Shown piece by piece: positions 8,661 through 15,955 of a stretch of 64,000 nt of DNA. The translations under genes and the position numbers were made by a program. The stretch spans positions 1,558 through 65,557 of the forward strand of contig JANQFC010000065.1 of assembly GCA_028278035.1 (NCBI GenBank), in the 5' to 3' direction. The notes beneath the pieces were generated by a model, which saw only the letters and a program-made list of their open reading frames with translations, was not told the origin of the DNA and ran no database searches. Every line of letters begins with the position of its first letter. The stretch's first letter is position 1. The DNA comes from Chlamydiales bacterium. GTDB lineage: Bacteria > Chlamydiota > Chlamydiia > Chlamydiales > SM23-39.

Positions 8661-8671
8661 ATGAGAATTAA

Positions 8672-9316
8672 ATGCAACGTAATCGAGTTATAAGTTTTAT
8701 TGATGGCTTCAATTTATATCATGCGATTAATAATCTTAACCAATCTCATTTAAAATGGTTAAATTTACACTCTCTTTCAAAAGCTTTCACAAAACCTAAA
8801 TCTGAAATACTATCCAAAGTATTTTATTTTTCAGCATGGGTAAATCATAGAAATAAAACTTCTCAATATAGACAAAAATGTTATATCAATGCTTTAAAAA
8901 TCATGGGCATAAATACTGTCCTTGGTCATTTTAAAAGAAAAAATAGAAAATGTCCAAAATGTTTATTCAAGTGGATAGGAAACGAAGAAAAAGAAACAGA
9001 TGTAAATATTGCTTTACATTTATTAGATCTTGCTTATCAAAATGCTTTTGATCGTGCTATTATCATTTCTAATGATTCTGATCTTGCCCCTGCAATTCGA
9101 TTAATAAAAAAACGCTTTCCTAATAAAATTATAACAACTATAGCTCCTCCAAATTGTTATCATAGTAATGAATTAATTCAAGCGTCTTCAAATAAATCTA
9201 AAATCAGAATAAGACATTTAGAAAGATGCTTATTACCAGAAGTTGTAACTGATTCATCAAAAATAATTACTGTAACTAAACCTAAAGAATATGCTTTAGC
9301 TTTAAGTAAAAATTGA
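8672..9316 (+). CDS. NYN (LabA/DUF88-like PIN-fold) domain protein with a CPKC zinc-ribbon insert
   Basis: N-terminal FIDGFNLYH, an ETDVNIA motif, and IISNDSDLAPAI are the conserved acidic motifs of NYN ribonuclease-like domains. Confidence 0.65.
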   Translation: MQRNRVISFIDGFNLYHAINNLNQSHLKWLNLHSLSKAFTKPKSEILSKVFYFSAWVNHRNKTSQYRQKCYINALKIMGINTVLGHFKRKNRKCPKCLFKWIGNEEKETDVNIALHLLDLAYQNAFDRAIIISNDSDLAPAIRLIKKRFPNKIITTIAPPNCYHSNELIQASSNKSKIRIRHLERCLLPEVVTDSSKIITVTKPKEYALALSKN

Positions 9317-9338
9317 TCTTATTCCTTGATATAAAAGC

Positions 9339-9376
9339 CCAATCAAAAGTTCTGAACGCGTCCAACCACCTCCAAT
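9339..9376 (+). repeat. R6, ssrA-3'-like element
   Basis: CCAATCAAAAGTTCTGAACGCGTCCAACCACCTCCAAT. Confidence 0.85.
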
Positions 9377-9635
9377 CCGCTATGAAAATCGTTAATCCTC
9401 TTGCGGTTTTAATCTCAAGATTTGCAAATGGGACAAAAAAGAGACACTAATTAGCTAGAATTATTTTCAGAGCTGTTTCATGCATTATTTGATAAGCCTA
9501 TTTTTGGAGCATTTGATGATTCTGCTCCTAATCGTTGAGGTGCTTAAAGCAATAAAAGAATGGGAATCTTATATCTTTATAGATTCTAAAGATAATTTTA
9601 TATAAAATTTAAGACCTTTTAAAGGAAAAGCTATT

Positions 9636-11381
9636 ATGTCGGTTCCAGATCTTTCTTTTTATACTAATCCAAGCACATTAAAGCTCCTGCGTACACGAAA
9701 AATTTTGTTAGATGAAGAAACCCCTTGTCAGCTTTTTACTCGAGTTGTTCAGGCTCTTCTAAACGTTGAAGACTATTTTCAGACGCCGGGGTTTGAAAAA
9801 GAGGTTTTAAAAAAACATGTGTTTCAAACTATAGAACAGCGACACATCGTTTTTGGATCTCCTTTATTGACCAATGCTGGTCGGGAACATATGCCTATAA
9901 GTTCATGTACGGTAATACCGGTTGATTTACAAAAATCGTTGGAGGAAATTAAAAAAACGATGCTGCCTTATTATCAGGCAGAAATGGGCAGTGGGTTTAA
10001 TTTGAGCGAGATTGCCGATCCTGTAAAAACACTGCGTGAGCTGAATCATATCTTGTTAGAAATTGAAGGAACCGTGAAAAGGCCTCCGTGCGGAATGGCG
10101 CTGCTTATGGTTGATCATCCACAGGTGTTGAATTTTATTAATATGAAACGAGAAGATGATTTTGCTTCTTGGAGATTCAATCTTTCTGTCGGTGTAACGA
10201 ATGTTTTTATGGAAGCAGTTCAACATGATGAAGAATGGACCTTTAATGATCAGACTAAAGTCCCAGCTAAAATTATATTCGAAGCAATTGCAGCTGGAGC
10301 CCATCATTGCGGTGAGCCAGGATTGATTTTTTTTGATCACTTTCAAGAAGATAATCCTCTTCCTTCATTGGTATATAAAAGTGTGGCTCCTTGTGCTGAA
10401 ATAGCTATGGCGCCTGGAGAAGTATGCCAGTTTAGTTATATTAATGTTGCTGCAATGGTTCAAGATTTACCAGATAGTTCTGCATCTTTTGATTTTAAGA
10501 CTCTTCAACATACTGCCGCTCTTCTGACGCGGTTACTAGATGATGGTGTGGAAATTTCCATTGCTAATGCCGTGTCTGATGCGGCTATTATTGCAGACAA
10601 AAGAAGAATCTCAATCGGTATTTGCGGTTTTGCAGATCTATTGATTAAGCTGAAAATGCAGTATGGTTCTGACGAGTCTTTGATTCTTTTGAAAGAAATT
10701 CTGTCAGTTGTTCAATATTACTCAAAAAAGGCCTCCGTTGAATTAGCAGCATCAAGAGGCCCTTTTCCGGCTTTTGGCCAAAGCCGTTATTGTGATTATG
10801 GCTGGGTATCTCGTTTTCAAGCATATCCTACTGAGCAAGTGTCTTCTGAGATGTGGCAAACGCTTGCTTCTAGAATAACACAGATTGGCATTCGCAATGC
10901 CGGCACTACAGCTCTGCCTCCGACTGGCGTCAGTTCCCGGATAATCCATACCTCGCAAAGCATCGAACCTTTATTTTCTCTTTTGGAGGACTCTTTTTGT
11001 CTGCGCAGAGATTTGCAAACAGAATTAATCGACATTTTTCAATCAGCTAATGTAGATGCAGAAAGGCAAACAGCAATTTTTAAGGAGATTACTGACAAAG
11101 GAACAATTCCAGAAGAGATGTTGGAAATTCCCGATCAGATAAAAAAAACATTTCTTACAGCTTCTCAAATTGCGTGGGAAAGCCACTTGCGTATATTGGG
11201 AGAGGCAAAAAACTATCTGGATGAAAGTGTTTCCAAAACAGTGCTGTTGCCAAAGATAACTCCAGCGACGACTGTTAAAAAATGTTTTCTTCAAGCATAT
11301 CGAATTAAATTAAAAGGAATAACGATATTTAGAAATGGCTGTCTTCAAGAAAAAGATAAATCGATTTTTGCTGTAGATTAG
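9636..11381 (+). CDS. divergent, short class II (adenosylcobalamin-type) ribonucleotide reductase-like protein
   Basis: RNR landmarks are present: SPLLTNAG, ISSC, APCAEIAM..EVCQFSYINV (equivalent to NPCGE...CNLGSINL), LPPTGVSS, SKTVLLP, and KGITIFRNGC at the C-terminus. The protein is only 581 aa. The Asn of NPCGE is Ala and the GGG-x-G..S-x-LRP loop is altered. Confidence 0.65.
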   Translation: MSVPDLSFYTNPSTLKLLRTRKILLDEETPCQLFTRVVQALLNVEDYFQTPGFEKEVLKKHVFQTIEQRHIVFGSPLLTNAGREHMPISSCTVIPVDLQKSLEEIKKTMLPYYQAEMGSGFNLSEIADPVKTLRELNHILLEIEGTVKRPPCGMALLMVDHPQVLNFINMKREDDFASWRFNLSVGVTNVFMEAVQHDEEWTFNDQTKVPAKIIFEAIAAGAHHCGEPGLIFFDHFQEDNPLPSLVYKSVAPCAEIAMAPGEVCQFSYINVAAMVQDLPDSSASFDFKTLQHTAALLTRLLDDGVEISIANAVSDAAIIADKRRISIGICGFADLLIKLKMQYGSDESLILLKEILSVVQYYSKKASVELAASRGPFPAFGQSRYCDYGWVSRFQAYPTEQVSSEMWQTLASRITQIGIRNAGTTALPPTGVSSRIIHTSQSIEPLFSLLEDSFCLRRDLQTELIDIFQSANVDAERQTAIFKEITDKGTIPEEMLEIPDQIKKTFLTASQIAWESHLRILGEAKNYLDESVSKTVLLPKITPATTVKKCFLQAYRIKLKGITIFRNGCLQEKDKSIFAVD

Positions 11382-11382
11382 T

Positions 11383-11420
11383 CCAATCACAAGTTCTGAA
11401 TGCGTCTCTCCACCTCTATT
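11383..11420 (+). repeat. R7, ssrA-3'-like element
   Basis: CCAATCACAAGTTCTGAATGCGTCTCTCCACCTCTATT. The TCTCTCCACCTC part is identical to ssrA 3816-3827. Confidence 0.85.
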
Positions 11421-11519
11421 TCATCTGAAGCTTTCTCAGTTTTTTATTGATAAAATATCAAAATGCAACTTATAATTTTAACTTTTATAGTAATTTATTT
11501 TTGGGAATTTATATTCATC

Positions 11520-11984
11520 ATGCTTGCTGATTTAAATACAAATAAAAATACAGTTTTACAACATCCGCGTATTGGAGTAGCATGCGTCATTCAAAAAAAT
11601 GAAAAAATTCTTCTCGGAAAAAGAAAGGAAGCTCATGGCATAGGTTACTGGGGTATGCCCGGAGGACATCTAGAATTTAGAGAAAAAGTAGAAAATTGCG
11701 CAAAACGTGAGTTATTAGAAGAAACTGGTCTAAAAACACTTTCCTTACACGTAGGACCTTGGGTAGAAAACATAATCGAGCCTAAAAAAACACATTATAT
11801 CACTATCTTTGTATTCATAGACAGCTTTGTTGGAAAACCTGCTTTGCTTGAACCTAATAAATGTGAAGGCTGGAAGTGGTTTAATTGGAAAAATTTACCT
11901 CAGCCTCTTTATCCATCCATTCCCTCAGCAATAAACAAACATCCTGATCTATTCTATCAAGTAGCCTCTGTTGAAAAGTTCTGA
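11520..11984 (+). CDS. NUDIX hydrolase
   Basis: Nudix box GGHLEFREKVENCAKRELLEETGL. The ATG at 11520 (MLADLN...) is preferred over 11463. The last four codons and the TGA lie inside R8. Confidence 0.8.
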   Translation: MLADLNTNKNTVLQHPRIGVACVIQKNEKILLGKRKEAHGIGYWGMPGGHLEFREKVENCAKRELLEETGLKTLSLHVGPWVENIIEPKKTHYITIFVFIDSFVGKPALLEPNKCEGWKWFNWKNLPQPLYPSIPSAINKHPDLFYQVASVEKF

Positions 11985-12005
11985 ACGCGTCTCTTCACCT
12001 CCATT
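11974..12005 (+). repeat. R8, last ssrA-3'-like element
   Basis: AAAAGTTCTGAACGCGTCTCTTCACCTCCATT. Confidence 0.8.
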
Positions 12006-12164
12006 GCGCTTTAAGCTCCTATTATTTTCTGGATTAACTTGCTTATATGAAAAAGAATAAAAACCTTCTTTGAACATCAAAAATTCTTAACTACTCGCCT
12101 TCTAAAACTCGAAACTCACGTTATTTGTAAGATGTAGGGTCGCATCAATACAATTTTTTACAAC

Positions 12165-12734
12165 TTAAACAGCTTTGCCCATTTCGTATGCCTCGTTCAT
12201 TTTATCTGGGTGCTTTCGAATTTCTCCAGCTTCGTGAACACCTAAACCACAAATAACACCAGCCAATTTTGCACCTTCCGGACATTTGACCCAAACACCG
12301 CTAAAATGCTTTATCCAATCTTCAATTTTTATTATCACTTTGTCAGTAAATTCGTTGCTTTTTCCTGATGAAGCTGTTAACAAATACACATCTAGAAATC
12401 TATGTGTTTGTTCAAGGTTCAACTTCCATGGGAATAGTGGATACGTACGATCTAACAATGTTTGCATTTGTCCACTTACTCCGCCAAAATAAACAGGAGC
12501 AGCAAAAACAATTACTTCTGCTTTGTGTATTTTTTTCACGATTTCATCTGCATCATCTCGAAGAACACATCTTTGTGTGTTTTGACAAATATCACAATCT
12601 ACACAAAAGTTAATTTTCTTATCTCGCAGAAAAATTTTTTCTACTTCATGTCCACTACTTATAGCCCCTCTAATAAACTCATCAGCGAGTATGTCTGTAT
12701 TGGAATTATTGCGCAAACTTGTCGATATTACCAA
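12165..12734 (-). CDS. flavodoxin-like FMN reductase / iron-sulfur flavoprotein family
   Basis: ISTSLRNNSNT (the SPR..GNT-type N-terminus), the compact Cys motif CVDCDICQNTQRC, and the APVYFGG motif. The ORF-track start is a TTG. An out-of-frame ATG sits behind an A8 run (see findings). Confidence 0.65.
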   Translation of the reverse strand: MVISTSLRNNSNTDILADEFIRGAISSGHEVEKIFLRDKKINFCVDCDICQNTQRCVLRDDADEIVKKIHKAEVIVFAAPVYFGGVSGQMQTLLDRTYPLFPWKLNLEQTHRFLDVYLLTASSGKSNEFTDKVIIKIEDWIKHFSGVWVKCPEGAKLAGVICGLGVHEAGEIRKHPDKMNEAYEMGKAV

Positions 12735-12935
12735 AATTTTTTTTACTCATAATGCTTTCTACTAGTTATTGATTTAGAAGCTGCCTATAAATAGCATGCT
12801 TCATTTGCAAATTCAAGACTTTCTTTCCAGAGTAACCTCATATCTTTCTTTTTATCAATCGTAGAAATAATTTAATTGGTTTAATAGAAAACAATAAAAT
12901 TCAATATAGAAAATATAAACAAATACCCGTCTTTT

Positions 12936-13673
12936 TTACTGAAAGCCAATATTATCTATAAAGTTTTTTAATTTACCATCGGGTAAAAGTTTATTATTTC
13001 CTATAGTATCATAATGCTCGGTCATACAGCCATTTTCTAAAAAAATCATTCTATCAAACTTTGTTTTAACAAAATTCATATCCTGACTGGAAATAATTAA
13101 CCCAATGTTTTTATCTCTTAGTTTTGTAAGAATATTAATCAATATTTGAGTATTTTCCGGATCTAAAGCCGAAGTAGGCTCATCTAATAAGAGAAAACAA
13201 GGGTTAAGCATAATCGCTCTGGCAATTGCAGCCCTCTGTTTTTGTCCTCCAGACAATTCATGAGGATAAGAATAAGCGATTTGCTCTATATCAAATACAG
13301 AAAGGATATTTTCCACTTTTAATTTTATTTCTTTTTGATTTGGAAATAAATTCAAAAGGGGCTGTACACAATTTTTATAAACATTCATGTGCGGAAACAA
13401 ATTATAGGATTGCATTACAAGCCCTACAAGCTGGCAGCGTTGTTTGGCAGAAAAAGATTTCAATGATTTATGAGCATACGTAACTTCTCCCTGATATTTT
13501 TTCTCAAGCTGCGCAATACAACGTAATAAAGAAGTTTTGCCAGAGCCGCTTTTGCCCAGCAAAAAAGTTATTTTTTTTGCTGGAAAATCGCAAGAGATAT
13601 TGTTTAAAATGAGGCGTCGTTTCTTTTGAGAACACCTTGATAAATAAAGATTTTTAACGACTAACATAACCAT
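12936..13673 (-). CDS. polar amino-acid ABC transporter, ATP-binding protein
   Basis: Walker A GKSGSGKTS, signature LSGGQKQR, Walker B LLLDEPTSALD. Confidence 0.9.
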   Translation of the reverse strand: MVMLVVKNLYLSRCSQKKRRLILNNISCDFPAKKITFLLGKSGSGKTSLLRCIAQLEKKYQGEVTYAHKSLKSFSAKQRCQLVGLVMQSYNLFPHMNVYKNCVQPLLNLFPNQKEIKLKVENILSVFDIEQIAYSYPHELSGGQKQRAAIARAIMLNPCFLLLDEPTSALDPENTQILINILTKLRDKNIGLIISSQDMNFVKTKFDRMIFLENGCMTEHYDTIGNNKLLPDGKLKNFIDNIGFQ

Positions 13674-14325
13674 ACCTTTTTTCCAGATTTTTCGTAAGAA
13701 TATTTAAAATGGCCGACATGCATAAATATATAAAGGCAATGAAAAGATAAATGGGAACAGGCTCCATTTCTCTTGAGACTAAATTCATGCCGATTCTCGT
13801 AAGTTCCAGCATTCCAATTGAAGAAATAACAGCTGTGCTTTTCAAAAGGGCATCCAGTTCATTATTTATTGCCGGCAAGGACAATCTAAAAATTTGGGGC
13901 AAAACAATATGTAGCAGAGTTTTGATTTTTGAATATCCCAATACATATGCAGATTCTTTATCCGCCATAGAAAGAGAATTGATCGAACCCCGGATAAATT
14001 GAGCGACATACCCCGAAGAACAGACACCAAGCGATATAACAGAGGCTGTAAATGTATTTATATTAAAACCTAAAAGATCAGGAATAACAAAATACACAAT
14101 CAGAAGTTGAATGAAAAATGGAATCCCCCTTGTAACAAAGGTTATTATTTCAATAATTTTTGAAAGCACGGATATTTTAAACCAGTTACTTGAAAAAATG
14201 CCCAAGCATATCCCCAAAGTCATGCTAAGGCCACCGGACAATAGAAAAACTTGAATGGTTACCAAACATCCCCTGCCAAACAAAGGCAATGATTTAATAA
14301 TGATATCAAAACAATTAGTCTCCAT
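13654..14325 (-). CDS. polar amino-acid ABC transporter, permease
   Basis: His/Glu/Gln/Arg-type permease pattern (EAA-like loop ESAYVLGYSKIKTLLHIVLPQ), about 5 TM segments. Confidence 0.85.
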   Translation of the reverse strand: METNCFDIIIKSLPLFGRGCLVTIQVFLLSGGLSMTLGICLGIFSSNWFKISVLSKIIEIITFVTRGIPFFIQLLIVYFVIPDLLGFNINTFTASVISLGVCSSGYVAQFIRGSINSLSMADKESAYVLGYSKIKTLLHIVLPQIFRLSLPAINNELDALLKSTAVISSIGMLELTRIGMNLVSREMEPVPIYLFIAFIYLCMSAILNILTKNLEKRYGYVSR

Positions 14326-15089
14326 TATTTAAGCTCCCATTTTTTTTCTAGTTCTCTTATCTTTCCTTCTTCTATTAGTTCTCCGACTGCTTTTCTGACC
14401 CTCTTTGCCAATTCCTTATTACCCTTATTAATACAGATGCCATTTCCTAAGGATTGATAGTTATTAGGAAGGTCTAGATATAAAACTTTAAGTTTTGGAT
14501 ATTTGGCTTGATAACGCGGCAAAAGCGAAGAATCTATTCCTGAAGCAAAAGATTTGCCATACTTGAGATCTAAAATCACATCAGTAATTTTTTCTAAATA
14601 CTTTAATGGAATTTTATAAGATTTCAATATCTGTTCCTGATAAGAACCCGCCTCAACGCAGATAATTTTGCTCGGATCTTTGTTCAGATCCTGAAAAGAT
14701 TTAATATCTTTTGGTATTTTATTCCAAAAGATAATAGGCATTTTATCCACTATAGCCCCTTGATAATATATCATATCAATATTTTTAAGGCGTTCTTCAG
14801 TAATGGATACAGCCCAAATAATCAAATCTATTTTCTTTTGTTTTAGTGCAAGCATAAGCCCAGGCATGCTTCCGCAATCTTTTAAGACACAAGAACTGTT
14901 TAATTTTATAGCCAACTCCTTGGCAACATCGATATCAAAACCCTCATATTCGCCTTTGTCATTCAAGCTTACAAAAGGAGCATATCCACTTGTAGTACCG
15001 ATAACAAGTTCTGGCTCTTTTTCATCCGAAGCAAAAAGCTGGATTATAAATAGTGATAATATCAAACAAACATAAATACATTTCTTCAT
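14325..15089 (-). CDS. polar amino-acid ABC transporter, periplasmic substrate-binding protein (ArtJ/HisJ-like)
   Basis: Signal peptide, then the family 3 SBP pattern (GTTSGYAPF...GFDIDVAKELA). Confidence 0.85.
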   Translation of the reverse strand: MKKCIYVCLILSLFIIQLFASDEKEPELVIGTTSGYAPFVSLNDKGEYEGFDIDVAKELAIKLNSSCVLKDCGSMPGLMLALKQKKIDLIIWAVSITEERLKNIDMIYYQGAIVDKMPIIFWNKIPKDIKSFQDLNKDPSKIICVEAGSYQEQILKSYKIPLKYLEKITDVILDLKYGKSFASGIDSSLLPRYQAKYPKLKVLYLDLPNNYQSLGNGICINKGNKELAKRVRKAVGELIEEGKIRELEKKWELK

Positions 15090-15159
15090 AAATTCCTCAA
15101 ATTATTAAATTTAAAAATAAAACTTTGGATAGCTACTCAGTAGCAGAATTCAAAAAAAA

Positions 15160-15234
15160 TTATATATGTGTATGATGATGATGATGATTGAAAGGTAAAA
15201 AGTTAAAAATAACATTATAAGAAAATGTATTCAT
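15160..15234 (-). CDS. candidate leader peptide MNTFSYNVIFNFLPFNHHHHHTHI (24 aa)
   Basis: GGAGG lies 4 nt upstream of the ATG at 15234. There are five consecutive CAT codons plus one more His within the last 8 sense codons. The stop is 70 nt upstream of the SBP gene start. Not in the ORF track because it is too short. Confidence 0.4.
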   Translation of the reverse strand: MNTFSYNVIFNFLPFNHHHHHTHI

Positions 15235-15273
15235 ATGACCTCCATTCATCATTGTTGAAAATTACTTGCCATA

Positions 15274-15302
15274 AGTATATTCTCTTTTTAACAAATAATC
15301 AA
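15274..15302 (-). promoter_or_regulatory. sigma70-type promoter TTGATT-N17-TATACT reading toward the leader/ABC operon
   Basis: On the minus strand, TTGATT is at 15302-15297 and TATACT at 15279-15274, with a 17-nt spacer, about 40 nt upstream of the leader ATG. Confidence 0.45.
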
Positions 15303-15519
15303 TATTAAAAAAATCATTTTACAAATTTAAGAGGAGATTATAATAATGGCAGCAGAAGAAGCTGCATCTATTATAATTTATTTTCTTTATAAAGATATTG
15401 AGATACATAGCTCAATAGAAGTGGTATTAAAACGTTTTTAATAAATTATCAAGAGCTATAGAAAATAACGAAACAGCTATAATTTCTAATGATAGAAATG
15501 TAACTATATTTTTTTAGAA

Positions 15520-15947
15520 GCAATATCGATACTATAGTAAATGCTAAAGATACTATGGATTATATATCAAGAAACAAAGGTTTAAAAATTAGATCCAATT
15601 TAAATGATAAATTACCGAAAAGATCTGTAGATCCAGATAAAATTAATGAGGTTTTTGTTAAATCTTTTAGATAACACCATAAAATATACAGAAAAAGGAA
15701 CTATTACAATTAACACAAATATTGATAAAAATATGATTCACATATCTGTTCAAGACACAGGAATAGGAATAAAAAAAGAAGAAAGAGAAAAATTATTTCA
15801 AAAATATGAACAGTTACGAAAACAGACTAGCGGAACAGGTTTAAGTTTAGCCATATGTAAACAAATCATTAATGCTCATAATGGAAAAATTTAGAGTCAG
15901 TTTATGGGCAAGGAACTACTATACATTTTACCTTACCTATTGAATAA
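15520..15947 (+). pseudogene. sensor histidine kinase, 3' remnant (HATPase_c) with frameshifts
   Basis: The 15646-15894 ORF carries the N box (LLNLLDNTIKYT), G1 (DTGIGI) and G2 (GTGLSLAI). The expected C-terminus ESVYGQGTTIHFTLPIE continues in another frame to 15947. The upstream VDPDKINEVF segment is also in another frame. No H-box/DHp or sensor part is present. Confidence 0.7.
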
Positions 15948-15955
15948 TCTATTCA

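Larger units (their letters stand above)
3830..12005 (+). mobile_element. ssrA-linked array of cassette-sized islets bounded by tmRNA-3'-end-like direct repeats (R0-R8); no recombinase gene present
   Basis: Nine same-orientation copies of AAAGTTCTGAATGCGTC..CCACCTCCATT-like elements lie between 4153 and 12005. The cargo is accessory or decayed genes. One module (9.6-11.4 kb) looks clearly more GC-rich by eye. Confidence 0.6.

Noticed and set aside
9377-9635. A cobalamin riboswitch or NrdR box upstream of the class II RNR-like gene.
   Set aside because: No B12-box (GCCACTG-like) or conserved riboswitch core, and no NrdR-box palindromes, could be recognised by eye. A covariance-model scan (Rfam RF00174) would be needed to exclude it formally.
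4153-12005. Whether the spaced repeats are a CRISPR array or a classical integron attC array.
   Set aside because: It is not a CRISPR array. The intervals are 0.3-2 kb, of unequal length, and contain genes, and the repeats are degenerate. It is not a classical integron either. There are no GTTRRRY/RYYYAAC core sites and no imperfect-palindrome attC structure, apart from a 6-bp flank pairing around R4, and no intI gene. The resemblance to the ssrA 3' end is the better explanation.
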